NCBI GenBank assembly: GCA_965644315.1
Contig: CBFFRQ010000073.1
Coordinates: 20,092 to 84,091, forward strand
Direction of reading: 5' to 3'
From: Caecitellus pseudoparvulus
Lineage: Eukaryota > Protista > Bigyra: Bicosoecida
DNA length: 64,000 nt
Shown: positions 63,001 through 64,000 of the stretch, piece by piece
Position numbering within the stretch: the stretch's first letter is position 1
Layout: the number at the start of each line of letters is the position of its first letter
Position numbers and translations under genes: made by a program
The notes under the pieces: model-generated
Databases searched by the model: none
The model's input: the letters and a program-made list of their open reading frames with translations, nothing else
What the model was told of the DNA's origin: nothing

Positions 63001-63524
63001 GCAGCGTGGACGCCGTGGAGGAGGATCTGAACGTGCCTGCCAAGCAGCTACTGGCGCTGTTTAACAAAGCTGTGCGCAAGGTGAGCAAGCACCTGCGGGG
63101 GCTGCAGGAGACGGCCGTTGACGCCACCATCCCCGGCGGCAAGGGCGCCTCTGCCCCCACCACTCCTGGCAAGACCTCCAGCAAGCCCAAGAAGTCTGCC
63201 AAGAAGTCTGCCAAGAAGGCTGCCGGGCAGCACATGGAGCAGTACGAAGTACGTGGGTCTGACTCGGCCTGGGCTGCCGCCGAGGCAGCCGTCGCCGCCA
63301 TCGTGAGGAAGGGCGGGGACGCCTCTGGCACTCGCGCGTCAGTGGCGGGCGGCGACGTGGCCAAGAAGGTGCGGGCTGGCACTGGTGCCAAGATCCTCGC
63401 CGCGGCCCAGGCGGCGGAGGAGGGCGAGGCCATGGGGGGGCGCAAGCGGGCACGGGAGGAGGCCCGCCCCAAGAAAGCCAAGAAGGACAAGAAGGCCTCC
63501 AAGAAGAAGGCCAAGAAGGCCTGA
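60050..63524 (+). CDS. NAT10: RNA cytidine acetyltransferase NAT10/Kre33 (intron 60250-60322)
   Basis: MPKKKVDSRVRTLIEN, LQDFEALTPNLLCRTMETVEGGG, TAGRGRGKSAALG, VVDEAAAIPLP, SHYRNSPNDLQLMSDAPAH, GARIVRIATHP; Lys-rich tail. Confidence 0.98.
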
Positions 63525-63556
63525 GCTGCCTGTACCGCCAATGCAGCACGCCCACC

Positions 63557-64000
63557 TCACAGCACCCGGCGCAGCACGGCATCTGCTCTCACCACGCCCT
63601 CTGCAGCCTGCACCAGGCACGCCCCCGCCTCGTCGAAGGCCTGCACCATGGCATGGTCGCTCAGGGCCACGGCATCACTGCCCTCCGTCGCCCCAGTGTC
63701 GAAGGCGGCTCGCCGGCCATGGCGCAAGCTGTCCCACACCTTGCCTCACCGCCACACATGCCTACGCTGCCAAACATAGTGAATGGCCTTGCCCTCTGGC
63801 ATGCCTCAGGCTCATGCACGGCCCAGAACGTGACAGTGACCGGTGATCCACCTTCACTGACAAGCTGAAGAGACCAGGTGGGTCTGGAAGGTGAGCCAGG
63901 GGGCGGGTTGTGCCTCGCTCCTCCGAATGTGCGTGGCGCAGACTCTCGAGCCCTCTGCATATCGCCCACGCAGCGTGCAGGGAGCGACCTCAGCGCCCCC
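63557..64000 (-). CDS. Possible 3' end of a gene extending beyond the window
   Basis: Protein-like minus-strand ORF (...HAMVQAFDEAGACLVQAAEGVVRADAVLRRVL*) converging on NAT10. An in-frame TGA lies just upstream of 63739, so an intron would be required; none was resolved. Confidence 0.3.

Overview
Gene-dense, GC-rich eukaryotic genomic DNA, not prokaryotic. About 27 protein-coding genes are packed almost end to end, many with short (about 60-190 nt) GT-AG spliceosomal introns whose donors are mostly GTGCGT, GTACGT or GTGAGT. The source is probably a heterotrophic protist; a stramenopile-like lineage is a guess. Most genes are housekeeping: COG8, HMGR, PPOX, MFSD5, IMP1, dolichol kinase, peroxisomal SDR-SCP2, COQ8, CSE1, EMC5, MnSOD, SHQ1 and NAT10. 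The standout is an apparently intronless 4.7-kb gene (about 17007-21758) encoding an NLR-like STAND protein. Its architecture is Zn-ribbon / TIR / TIR / NACHT-like NTPase / winged helix / SH2 / repeat tail with Tyr motifs, which makes it a candidate phosphotyrosine-sensing innate immune receptor with NAD+-cleaving effector domains. Other notable genes: a cellular RNA-dependent RNA polymerase, an EF-hand/ARM/PB1/EF-hand protein, an Agenet-domain CHD remodeler, an animal EXT1-like glycosyltransferase, a membrane-anchor-free HMGR with a presequence-like N-terminus, a SelJ/crystallin-J1-like ADP-ribosylglycohydrolase and a secreted orphan glycoside hydrolase. All assignments come from motif recognition by eye; no database searches were run.
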